64,000 nucleotides of DNA from Octopus vulgaris. Its lineage: Eukaryota. Below are positions 37,283 to 49,855 of this stretch, piece after piece; positions within the stretch are counted from its first letter, which is position 1; each line of letters opens with the position of its first letter. The position numbers and the translations under genes were made by a program. The stretch lies in assembly GCA_951406725.2 (NCBI GenBank), contig OX597815.1, positions 25,172,001-25,236,000 on the forward strand, in the 5' to 3' direction. The notes under the pieces are model-generated. The model searched no databases, was not told the origin of the DNA, and saw nothing but the letters and a program-made list of their open reading frames with translations.

Positions 37283-39704
37283 AAAATTCTTACTAAAAAT
37301 AAACACGTAGATCACTCACCAAAGTAAATTTGCTCACGTAGATCACACGGAAAGTAGCACTGACACAGTAAACTAAAAAAGTAACCTAAAGTAATCTCCC
37401 TTTAAGTTGTAGATCACACGCCAAAATGGCGCCTTTCTTTTTCTTAAGAAATTATGTGAATTTAGTGCTGGTTACTTGTAAAAGTTCAACTGCCTTCGTC
37501 TCACTGCTGATCACATTGTAAGAATCTTTAGCCAACATTATACGGGTTTTTAGAAATTGAAAAGTAAACTAAAATGTAACCTAAAGTAATCTCACTTGCA
37601 GATCACACACCTCCAGCCGAAGTAACACCAACTTACCTCCCCTTAAAATTGCTGGTCTTGTGTCAAAAATTGAAGCCAATATTAAACTTCAGATTTAGCC
37701 AAGCACTTTGGAAGGGAAATAACTCTGTAAATTTCGCGTTTGTTATTTTCCATTGTAAACGATGTTTAATTGCTGCAACAAAGTATTAGACAGCATTCAC
37801 ATAAACACAGACACATACGCACACAGATACTACCACACACTGGCCATCTTTGCACTCTCCTGTCCCAAAAACCCACTTTCTCTATCTTTTTCCACTTCCA
37901 GCAATGTAACTACACATGTGCTGTTGGTGATATTTTAACTTCTCTGGACTTTTCCGTTTTCCTTTCTGGCGAAAAGCTATGTGCAAAACGTTAAAAATTC
38001 TCTCTTTTTACTGAGTGTCAAACTAATACATTCTATGCGTACAAAATAATAACAACAACAATATTAATCTTTCCTTTATGGGTCACAAGGGCCGAACACA
38101 AAACAAAAAGGGACAATACAACATAAAGCAATAACTGTGGTGGCAGTGGTGAGACCTTCTATAATTTCGTCCAAAACATATTTCAAGTTATCTGACTCAA
38201 TGAAGCTAAAAACTCATAATCATGTTATAGATCTTTGTATTTTTAGAAAAGTTCCTTATCTCAGTTATTGATGAAAAATAAAATGCTCAATATTTTTCTT
38301 TTCTTTTTTTGCACAGGATTTGGTCATGGTGGTACCGAGAGCTATAAATATTGAGAGCATATAAATATTCTGTCGTGATTTCACACCAATAGATTCTGAT
38401 ACTAAGGATTATTAAATAATTTTTAAACATGGATATAACTTCTCCTTAATTCTTCCATACTCTGCCTTTTGTGCATAAACAACCTTTTCACTGTCACTTC
38501 CAACCATAAATACTCCTAATTTTTCCTACACAGATGTCACTATAAATGTTACGTGGATGACTACTTTCAAGTTAGAGGTAGGGTGATATTTCATCCCAGT
38601 ATTTGCCTACAAGACTGCAGTACAGCCGCAAATAAATTCTTAGAGTATTCAGATCTATGGGCTTTGGTTGTGTGAAGACAGGGGAGAGAGGTACAAAGAA
38701 AAAGGATTTTGGTTACCTGACTGGCTTTCTCAGAGAGCTTATGAGTAAAGTATATTGGTTGCTATGCTTAGAACTGGTGAAAAGCTACTCAATTAGCTAC
38801 ATCAAAGTGAAACATAATTTACAAAGCAAATGTCCTATATTTTATGGCATAAAAGATGCTTGGGCATATTAAACAAACCTCAGTTTCATCAGCACATATT
38901 CAAGAAAAATGTTTATAGGGCATTAAAGCATGTAATATATCGAGCAATTTAGTATTACATTACAAAACATTACAGTGTAAGTCATAATAATAATGCTTTT
39001 AAAAAATATTATTATGGAGTCAAGCTATGTAGAAGAGACTAGATAGATATTAGATTAAAAAAGTGTCAGAGAAAAAAATAGGTTGTGGAAGGCTCAACTT
39101 CACATGTAGGACTCAAGGTGATTTTGGGGGAAAAAAAGTGCATTTTATGTACCATCAAATACAATATTATATAGTAGGATGATGAAGATATTGCTGCAAT
39201 TAGGCAATCAGACAATTTAATAGAAGCATAAACTGTGATGCTGATCAAGGGGTTGGGTTTAGAGGAGAAAAAGAAGCCAAAATTATTTGGAGTGTTGATG
39301 TAAAACCTAAAGGGTAAAGACTTCCTAGTGCAGAGTGTTCAAGGACTACATCAACTTCTATTCCAGTAGTGGAAGAAACATTTTAAGAGAGGAGTTGTAT
39401 GTATTGAGGTACTGAGGATAATGACTTCAGAGAGAAGATGTCATCAATGCAAGAAGAGAGATGGTCAACTGATTGTTACAGAAATTTGCAAAGATGGTAG
39501 AGGCAACAGATGAACTAAGGGGAAAGGCATTCCAATGTATTTGGAAGTCTTAATTGCTAACATTTAGATGAGAGAGTTGAACCACAGAAAGAATTAATGC
39601 TATGTAATCACAGGGACATTGAAATATAGTGTCATTAGAATGGTGGAAACCGGTTGGAGTTAGATAAGAAATTTGTGTATCAGAGAGGAATAACATATGT
39701 AGTC

Positions 39705-40265
39705 TATCATATCATATCATCATTTGGAAAAGATTTTCTAACTAGAAAGGGTATGGCCTGGTCAGCCTGTAATGACATGCATAAGATCTGGTCATCAAAT
39801 CTAAGTAGAGACTTCAAACTTGAAATCTTCAAAGCCACAGTCGAACCAATTCTACTATATGGCTCAGAAACCTGGATGTTATCAAAGAAGCTTGAGAGGC
39901 GGTTGGATGGAACCTACACTCGCCTCCTTATGAGAGCTCAAAATCTCTTGTGGAAGCGCCATCCAACCAAAGTGCAAATATATGGGAAACTACCACCTGT
40001 GTCATCTCTTGTGAAAGGTAGGAGAGTCCAGTTTGCTGGACATTGTTGTAGAGCTGAAAAAGAGGTAATTTCTACTCTTCTCCTCTGGAAGCCATCTACT
40101 CGCAATACCAGAGGGCGCACACTCTCCTACCCTGATGTAATCTCCAGGGATACAGGCATCCAGCAACAGGACCTCCATAATACCATGATGGACCGTGAAG
40201 TCTGGCATAGCATGGTAAATTCCATTGTCTCGACCACGGTCGAACAATGATGAATGATGATGATG
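39705..40265 (+). mobile_element. 3' end of an RTE-clade LINE with (TGA)n tail
   Basis: FKATVEPILLYGSETW, RRVQFAGHC, DREVW motifs, stop at 40250, TGA-repeat tail. Confidence 0.85.
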
Positions 40266-41299
40266 TGTTATTATGGGGTGAAGGATTTGAAGTTAGTATA
40301 GGATTTTCCACAAGACATTGCCTCAATCCTAGTATACATCAGCAGCTTTAGATGCACCTCTCAAAATCCTGGGCTTGTTGGAGAGGAGTACTAGTCACAT
40401 ACAAACAGAAGTGGTTACAGCCTCCCAAGACATTAACATGGGTTGTTTATTGTACTCTCTGGTGACAGTCATCTGCTGGGAAGTGTGTTGTAATTCTGTT
40501 TTTGTATTATGTTTATTTGTTTGTTTTTGTATTTTGTTTCTATGTCTGAGGAAGAAGGACTGCATTCATGACCCTTTTTGTTTCTGAAACTAGAAAAAGA
40601 AATAGAGGAAGTTATCCTAAGACTAGAGTCCCGACACAAATAACTCCAACAGAGTGAGCTCTGCTAAAGGAACCCAAAGGTGAAGTAGAAGTGTTAAACA
40701 AGCTCTGGATTACATCAACCACAAAAGGACAAAAATGATCCACACACACACACACGCATTTTCCTTCAACTAAACTTCATTCACAAGGCCTTGGTCGGCC
40801 TGAGGCTATAATGGATAACATTTGTCCAAATGCAATAGGATTGAAACCAAAACCATTAAGTTATGAATCACATAACTATGCTACATCTGTTGGTACTTGC
40901 TGAAAATCTACAGTATTGAGCAGAAGAAAGCACAGATGAAATGCAGTGAGTCAAGAGACTGCTTTCTTCAAACAAACAATGGCCCCAGATGTGTGAACAC
41001 TGTTCTAGTAATGGCATACTTTTGCTTTGTTCAGTATTGAAATTTTTTATGGCCTACACAGGAAATATTGTCTTTGTTTAAAAGTACTGAATATTATGTG
41101 TAGACTAATGAGGTTAACATGATTATTGTTCCACTGGAGCAGTTATATGTCAACAACAGAGGGGAAAATATGTGCAGGAAAGGAATTTCAGAGGATCAAA
41201 TTCTGGGAGAAAGGATTGGATGGAGTTGCTCATATGGATCTGACTGCAGGAGACAATATGGGTAACTGAGTCAAGAGTACCAGAGCAGAGGAAATATGA

Positions 41300-41830
41300 G
41301 ACAAGCTATCTCCTAGGAGTAAGCACTATTGCAGAAGTGGTAGAAAGGCAGAGAGAAAAAACAGCATATATCTCTGGGTCAGAATTTGTAGAACGATGGT
41401 GAGTGAATTTTTGCCAATCTGTCAGGTGGCCATTTTTTGGATTCAGTTTGGAATGTCTATGTATATAGCAAAGGCACCATCTCAGATATGGGAGAAGTAA
41501 TCTATTGTGGGTCTTGGCCTTTATAGAAAGTTGAATAGTTTTGATAGCTAGGAGTATTTTCTCGCTCTGAAGAAGGTTGATCTTTTGCCATAAAGTTTTA
41601 GCTATATTGAAGATATACTTCACCAGGAGAGATCAGAGTTCAGCCAACACATCAGCTTGGATTCAAAAGATATGGAAGTTTCAGTTGCTAACATTCAGAT
41701 AAGAGTTAAGCCACAATGATAACTTATGCTCTGTCATCACAGACAACTTGGAATATAGTGTCATCAGGACAGTAGAAATAGATTAGAGTTAGATGAGAAA
41801 TTTGTGTGCCAGAGAGGAATAACATATTGG
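41300..41830 (-). mobile_element. Degenerate CR1/Zenon-like RT fragment; a related piece at ~39190-39705 hosts the RTE insertion
   Basis: 41640-41830 resembles 39540-39705. Relic translation resembles Zenon-type RT C-termini. Heavily decayed. Confidence 0.4.
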
Positions 41831-43179
41831 TTTGTTTTAATTTGAAGTTGGTATAGACAAAAGAATTATCCAGCAGTTTGCTTATATTGCATTCTAGTCT
41901 TGTACAAATGATGTATGTTTCTTGTTTTCAGAAGTCATAAATCCCTTTCACTTGAGCCAGCTATAGAGTATTAATTCCTTACTACTATCTTCTTGTATTC
42001 AGAGCAGAGACATTTTTACCATGGTTCTGTAATTTCAACAACCAGTACGATGCCAGCGTTGCCTTGACCGGCTTCTGTGCCGGTGGCACGTAAAAAGCAC
42101 CAACCGATCATGGCCGCTGCCAGCCTCCCCTGGCACCTGTGCCAGTGGCACATAAAAAGCACCCACTACACTCACGGAGTGGTTGGCGTTAGGAAGGGCA
42201 TCCAGCTGTAGAAACACTGCCAGATCAGACTGGCGCCTGGCGCAACCTCCTGGCTTTCCAAACCCCGGTCGAACCGTCCAACCTGTGCTAGCACAGAAAA
42301 CGGACGTTAAACAATGATGATGATGATGATGATGAGTACCTTAAGGTTAACTACATTCACCTTCAGGCCTTTTTAATCATTTTTTTGTCTATACAATAGC
42401 CTTGGCACCTCTGAACTGGATAGTCAGATAACACTTTTATCTATCTTTCCTATTTATACTTTGTCAGCCACACATAGGCCCTTAGCTAACACTATGCAGA
42501 AGTTTTACAAAAGTCATTGGCACCACTCCCACTCCTTCCTATTTGAAGTGATAATAAAGTAAACCCATATTTGTTAATTTTCAAACTTACCTACCATACT
42601 GCATCCCCCATCTATTTTTACTACTAAAAAGCACCCACTACACTCACGGAGTGGTTGGCGTTAGGAAGGGCATCCAGCTGTTGAAACACTGCCAGATCAG
42701 ACTGGAGCCTGGTGCAGCCTCCTGGCTTCCGAGATCCCGGTCAAACCGTCCAACCCATGCTAGCATGGAAAGCAGACGTTAAACAATGATGATGATTACA
42801 ATGACTTCAAATCCTTTGAACCTGCTATTTCTGCTATATTTCCATTGCAGCTGATTTGATTTTCACAGCTCTCTTGTCATACCTGTTATTCCACCTCACA
42901 GACCATATATTAAATACTTGGTCAACAAACTTGTAATAACACCAACAAAAATTAGTTCTTATGATCCTCCTCCATTCATTGTGACATCTTAAAAAGACCT
43001 GGACTTTCACCTTCATGTTAATAAACAAAAACAGACGAGAATATGTTAAAACATTATATAGCCAGATAAATAAATCAACTTTACATATTACTTTAACTAA
43101 TGAGAAAGGAAAAATATTCACATTATTTCAAATCTCAAAGATAGTAATCATCATTATTAAAAAAAAAAAGTGCCCTTTT

Positions 43180-43404
43180 AAAGCCTAGCCAGGATCATGG
43201 GCCCTGTTTCCTAGTTTCAATGGTGTATGTGTTCCCCAGCTGGATGGAACACCAGTCCATCGCAGGGTCACTCATTTTTGCCAGCTGAGTGGACTGGAAC
43301 ATGAAATGAAGTATTTTGCTCAAGAACACAACACATCGCCCGGTCCAGGAATCAAAACCACAATCTTATGATCATGATGCTGACACCCTAACCACTAAAC
43401 CATG
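43180..43404 (-). mobile_element. tRNA-derived SINE with V-domain-like motif
   Basis: Head TGGTTTAGTGGTTAGGG, core TTGAGCAAAATACTT, and CCCTGCGATGGACTGG.GT.CCATCCAG motif. Confidence 0.6.
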
Positions 43405-44529
43405 TTGAGAGGGATTCTTTGGGGTTTGAATGATTCACTTCTGGAAACATGGGTATTTCGTTCAACATCCTTAAACAACCCTTATTCAGGGACCTTTTGA
43501 GTGGGATGGATTATTTGACCAGGAGAAAATTCTAACTGGGCCCCACCTGCAAGGTCATGTGCTGTTTATCTTGATATGAGATTACCATGTTGCGCACACA
43601 TGGTTGTGATGTATGTGCCTAGTGAACCCTTATCAGACAGGTAGTCATGATGGGTATACTGGGCTTTGTATATTTTACCCCTGTGTCACTTTGATGGCAT
43701 GCACTGCTCTCTCACTCAAAAACAATAATAATAATAATAATAATAATGGACAATATGATTGCTTGCAGCAAAGTCTAACATCTTCATCCATTTCTGGCTG
43801 TGGCCTCTACACCTGTTCCACCCCCACCCCCCACCACTCTTAGATTTTTGTTAGTTTGGCCATTTGATGACACTTGAAAATATGCACAGCTAAGCTAAGA
43901 ATTTCTCTTGTTTTTTATCGTCTCATTCATTCAAACTCGTCTATTCTCTAAAATAACTCTTTTGTTTGTTCTGCCCCTACAATAACTAACCTTGTTTCTT
44001 GGCTACATGTATATACATATTTCGTACTTTTCTCTAAAATAATTCTTTCTTCTTTGCTTTACTCCTTAATATGACTTTTTCGTGCCATGGTTGTGACCAC
44101 TCTTTCCCACCCCCAATACCAGAAATCTTTCTCTTACCAGACATCCAGTTGCCCTTCCTCTTATTGGTAATCTAGCTGCCCTTACCTTTTCTCTCCGCCC
44201 CCATCTCTGGACTAACTAAACCAGATAGCAGCTAACTTACCCTCTAATTTTTTTTTACATTTAGATCTGCAGCATCAGTAATGCTTACACCCACAATGCT
44301 TGTACTGCTTATATTTACAATGCCCCAAACACTTTCATATACAATGTTTCCTTACTCCCGCCCCCCAGCAGAGGCAACAACCTTAATTTTAACATGTTTG
44401 AATGATGGTAGATTAAAAGCCAGAACAACTATTATGATGTCTGTTACCAAACGTTCACAGGTACCTTCTTTTCAGGTACTGAATATCATTTCTCCTTCCT
44501 GTGTTACCCCTCATATCTCTTTCTCAGTT

Positions 44530-45915
44530 TTCAGAGTTGACACTGTCAATATAGGCACATCGAAAGGTAGGTCTAGTGAGATTGTAGAGATGCTTGAACA
44601 GAGATGTGTTGATATATATTGCATACAAGAGGTAAGGTGGAGAAGAGCTTCAGCCAGAGTCCTCACCAGCAAAGCACATAGGTATAAACTCTTCTAGGAA
44701 GTAAGTGATGGAATAGGGGGTGTGGGCATACTTCTTGCAGAGAGATGGGTGGATAAGGTAATAGAGGTAGTGAAGGTGTGCGATAAAGTACTTAAACTCA
44801 GGCTAGTCTTGCAGAATGATATAGCTACAATTATTTCTGCCTACACCCCACAAGCAGGCCTACCAAAAGAATAGAAGGATCACTTTTATGATGTTCTTCT
44901 GCAGGTTACATCAAAGGAAGGTTAACAGGGAAGATAGCTTTTGTGTGTGGCAGATGCACAGGGGCAATAAACACTGAAAATGTGCAGAAGACAGATTCTA
45001 TCACATGCCAGTGGGAAAAACTAGAAGTAATTGATAGTTTCCACTACCTAGGTGACCAAGTCAGTAGCTGGGGTGGATACTGAGAGCATAGCTACTAGAA
45101 TAAGAATAGCCTGGGAGAGTTCCTACCTCAGCTGGTAACAAAGGGCCTCTCACTCAGAGTGAAAGGTAGACTTTATGATGCATGTGTGCAAGCTGACATG
45201 CTACACAGCAGTGAAACATGGGCCATGACTGCATAGGCTTGAAAGAAATGAAACTAATATGATCCACTGGAAGAGCCCTGAGTAAAAAGTTGGACATAAG
45301 AAGCATCAAATATGGTGTGAAAGAGAGGCAACTGTGCTGGTATGGTCATGTGCTACGTATGAATGAGGACAGCTGTGTGAGGAAGTGCTGCTCCCTAACT
45401 GTGGAAAAAATCTGTGGAAGAGGTAGATCCAGGAAGACATGGGATGAGGTGAAGCATGACCTTTGAACAATGGGCTTCACAGAGGCAATGACAGGAGACC
45501 GAGACCTTTGGAGATATGCTGTGACTGAGAAGACCTGGCAGCTAAAGCGAGAGCACAACCATGCATGTCTGCCCCATTTAAGAGTACCCCTGATATCATA
45601 TGTTTGAGAAGACCTGTTGGGTCAACTAAAACCAATATCATAGCAGTGGGTAGTGCCCCGTGAGTGGCTCCCGTGCCGGTGGCACATAAAAAGCACCATC
45701 CGAAAATGGCTGATGCCAGTACCTACCGACTGGCTCCTGTGCCGGTGGCACATAAAAAGCACCCACTACACTCTCGGAGTGGTTGGTGTTAGGAAGGGCA
45801 TCCAGCTGTAGAAACATTGCCAGATCAGATTAGAACCTGGTGCAGCTGCTGGCTCTCCAGACCTCAGTCAAACCCATGCCAGCATGGAAAACAGACGTTA
45901 AACAATGATGATGAT
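44530..45915 (+). mobile_element. Internally deleted RTE/BovB-like LINE (AP endonuclease start joined to RT C-terminus, plus 3' UTR)
   Basis: TVNIGTSKGRSSEIVEML..CIQEVRW and GVGILL..IISAYTPQ (APE), then SFHYLGD, WYGHVLRM, GRGRSRKTW. Multiple stops, GAT-repeat tail. Confidence 0.8.
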
Positions 45916-46181
45916 GTAATATAAGGCCCAAATGAAAATATTGTAACAGGACAAACACACATAAGAGTAATGATGTTATAACAGCAATTTTATTTTCATA
46001 ATTGAAGCAATAATTTTATTAAAACCAAGTAAACATAATGAAATAGTAAAACATTAGGAACACTTTAATTTATAACAAAAATGGAATTTAAACATTAACT
46101 AGTGATGAAGATGCACTATGGACATTAGCTATTAGTTTGAAATGCTGAAGATCACTAATAGGGATATGAAGAAAAAAAAAT

Positions 46182-46590
46182 GGATCTTTTTTGGTTTGAA
46201 TGGCAGTTTTTTCTAGCGGCATCATATGAAATTGTCACCCATAATTATGACCCTAGTATCGATCTATTGCATTTCAATCTATTTTAGGGTTAGGATTAGG
46301 GGTAGGGGAAGGGTATCTTTTTTCTTCAGAAATGTAAATAAACCCAATAAACGAGGGACATTTTCATACAGCACAGAATGTTTTCAACTCAATAGACGTC
46401 AGTGATTGGTTGAAATTGCAGAAATTGAAGAAAAAAAAAACAACAAATATCTTACAAACTATAGAATTTTCTCAATAAAGCCAAGAGAAAAAGATGTTTT
46501 ATAAACACATTCTACCAGTATACGAAGTTTAAAAGTGTTTAGTTACGTGGAAATTATTTTTAAAAACTGCCGTTCAAACCGAAAAGATCC
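46182..46590 (+). mobile_element. Merlin-type MITE family 2 (TSD AAAAAAAT)
   Basis: ~29-bp TIR GGATCTTTT(C)GGTTTGAA(C/T)GGCAGTTTTT with an 8-bp direct repeat on both sides. Confidence 0.88.
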
Positions 46591-47015
46591 AAAAAAATAC
46601 CTGAGAAATGTCGAGGAATGATTGGTTAAAATAGTATAGAGAATGGTTAGTATAGTATAGAGATTGGTTAGTATAGAGAACAAGTTGCAGTAGGAGTAAT
46701 AGAAAGAGAAGAGATGAGTGAGAAAAGTGAAATTACATCAAGATGGCACCCAATCTGCAAGTTCAATTTTGTAATGGCAGAAGAGCCAAAGAGATGATTC
46801 TTTTATAATTGTAATACAATGGTAATCCTGCTCAACTTCTCAAGCTTTCTTGAAGAAAATATACTGGGATAATTTTTTTTTTTTTCATTTATTCCCGATG
46901 TAAAGAACTGGAACTTATTAATTTATAACAATATAGTACTTAAACTACCAACAAGCCCATACCTGTACTATGATACGTATTAACAGGCACGTGGACAGCA
47001 CCACAGATCTCTGAG

Positions 47016-48155
47016 AGATCTTTTTTCCTTTTCTTCCAACCACTTTGAGATTTTTCAATTTTCAATGGATTGCTTTCAAATTTTCCACACTGATGTAGTT
47101 TTGCATGCTGATGATGAAAATTGCATTTTAGTTTTCTTAGATAAGTTACTAGCAAAGAAGTTAGAAACATTTTAAAGTAACGTAATTTTAGCCAATGGAA
47201 TTAAGTCCAGTATCCTTACAAACGGAAGTCAAAACTGTTGTTACCATGGCAACTCCAGTGTATTGTTGTTTATCCACAGAACTGTATATAAATTTTCGGA
47301 AATGAAAACAAAAAGGGAACCGTGAGAATTGAATGAAAGACGAATTTTTAAAACTGAAAACGTTACAGACCCTTAAATTAAAAAAAAATTTAAAGAATGA
47401 ATAAAAATTTAATTTTTTCTTAAAGAATTTAATTAAAGAAAACAATTTTGAAATAATGAATAATTTCTTTTTTTTCTTTTACGTGGAATGTAATGAAGAC
47501 AATGAACATGATTTTAGCTTTCTTCCAATCACTTGAAGATCTCTGTATAAAAATATTACTGCCATAGTTACCGGTCTTGCTTCGAACGATAACTCATGGA
47601 CTGTCAATAAAAGAAAAGTATTTTTTTCAAACAGATCGCACTTTTCGTACCACATAAACTCGCAGAGATACGAGTCCACAACAGAACGATGGATACCACA
47701 TACTCCTTCGCTCAAGACAGGCCTAAATGCTTTCTACCTGTTGAGTATGGGTTTCGTCCTGAGAGTTTACAAATTCAACGTTGCGTTTCATCCTTCTATG
47801 GCGAAATTGGTATCATGGTATCTCAGGAATATGCGAGTATGCACTTCCGCAAAGATTTCCCGTAAATAATTTCTTATTGTCTACTGGAGTCGTCATACCA
47901 ATCCCTAATTCCCTCTCGCAAAGCCTAGTGCTTGTCAATTCTTTCACAACAAACAGTTTATAACTTCTGCTGTTAGGACACTAGCTTGAAATTCATTAGC
48001 TAAGAATACGTAAATTTAAATGTCTCTAACTTCTTTAATATTCATTTTCCAAAATAATGACTGCAATATTCGTCATCAGCATGTAAAGCTACATAATAGA
48101 TTTTTTGAAAATGTTCATATTAAAATTTATGTTTGGAAGAAAACTAAAAAGACCC
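47016..48155 (-). mobile_element. Old, internally deleted Merlin element with ~200-bp degenerate TIRs
   Basis: Minus-strand relics LCERELGIG..T.VD / NYLREIFA (N-terminal) and VEFVN...THTQQVESI / GIHRSVVDSYLCEFMW (C-terminal). 47016-47240 is a diverged inverted copy of 47950-48155. No TSD visible. Confidence 0.75.
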
Positions 48156-49446
48156 AAACGGCTCTTCTGTCCAAATCTAACATGTTAACTGTGCAAGCTT
48201 TGAGATTCTCCCATAAATGAACAATAAAAATAGATAATCATATAATCCTTTCTAATATAAGTACAAGGCCTGACATTTTGGGGAGGGGTAAGTTGAGTAC
48301 ATGGAATCCAGTGCTTGACTGGTACTTATTTCATCGACCCCGAAAGGATGAAAGGCCAAGTCGATCTCGGCGGAATTTGAACTCAGAACGTAAAGAGGGA
48401 CGAAATGCCGCTAAGTATTTTGCTTGGCGTGCTAACGATTCTATTAACTTGCTGTCGTAACAATAATTATCTTTTCTACCAAAGGCACAAGGCCAGAATT
48501 ATTTTTGGTGGTGGTGGTGTTGTGGGGAGGGGACCAGTCGATTTACATCGACCTAAAGGTTTCACTGATACTTATATTATCAATACCTATTTCTTTATTA
48601 CCCACAAGGGGCTAAACACAGAGCGGACAAACAAGGACAGACATCGACCCCAGTGCCTAACTGGTACTTAATTTATCGACCCCGAAAGGATGAAAGGCAA
48701 AGTCGACCTCGGCTAAATTTGAAATCAGAACATAGAGACAGACGAAATATAATAATAATAATAATAATAATAACAATAATGTGCCCCAGCATGGCCACAG
48801 CTCATGAGCTGAAACTAGAATCATTCAATCAATAATAATAATAATAAAATCTATACATTAGGCAACCATTTGATTTATTCTACAATAGCTATCAACCCAC
48901 TGAAGTTTGATGGTACAAAGTGAAGTAACGTCAACGAGTGAAGTCTTGTATACTCACAATGTCGTTAAATGAAAAGGAAATTAGTGTAAACTGAAACAAT
49001 GAATTACTTGTTGATTATTATTATTATTAGACAAAATATTTTAAAGATAAGTAGAAAAATGTAAAGTGATTAGATTCATACTGTTCACATTTTCGGCGAA
49101 TGTTTGGAAATTCCTAGAAAATGCCTATCCTCTATCGCAAGGGGAGTTAATCAGCTATTTCTAATGACAAAAAAAGTAAAAGCTTAATTTTAAAAAATCA
49201 GCATGTTTTGTACTTAAAGAAAGTAAAACTTTAGCTTTCAAAGAAAGATTACCATTTTCTTGGGGGTTGGGGGGGGAGGAGAGGGGTATATTTCTATCCA
49301 AATGCAATAACTACAACTATTGAGCCATTGACAATGTAGTCAATAAATTCTCGGTAGTTCCAATGCCAAAGTAAAGTTTTCTTCGACTTACACTGTTTAA
49401 TAACCAAATGGGTGCGTAAGGAAGGAAGGAAGGGCATCACCATTTC

Positions 49447-49855
49447 GGATCTTTTCGGTTTGAACGGTAGTTTTTTTCTAGCGGTGTCATATGAAATTGT
49501 CACCCATAATTATGACCCTAGTATCGATCTATTGCATTTCAATCTGTTTTAGGGTTAGGATTAGGGGTGGGGGAAGGGTATCTTTTTTTCTTCACAAATG
49601 TAAATAAACCCAATCTGTTTCTTAAACGAGGGACATATTCATACGGCACAGAATGTTTTTTTTACCTCAATAGACGTCAGTGATTGGTTGAAATTGCAGA
49701 AATTGAAGAAAAAAAACAATAAATATCTTACAAACCATAGAATCTTCTCAATAAAGCCAAGAGTAAAAGATGTTTTATAAACACATTCTACCAGTATACA
49801 AAGTTTAAATTTTGTTAAATTATGTTAAAAACTGCCGTTCAAACCGAAAAGATCC
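49447..49855 (+). mobile_element. Merlin-type MITE family 2 (TSD ACCATTTC/ACCATTTA)
   Basis: Same TIR and interior as the 46182 copy. TSD matches 7/8. Confidence 0.88.

Noticed and set aside
39179-39245. C/D-box snoRNA-like pattern ATGATGA...CTGA (also 46102-46148)
   Set aside because: No proper terminal stem or identifiable guide. The first overlaps a decayed LINE and the second is too short.
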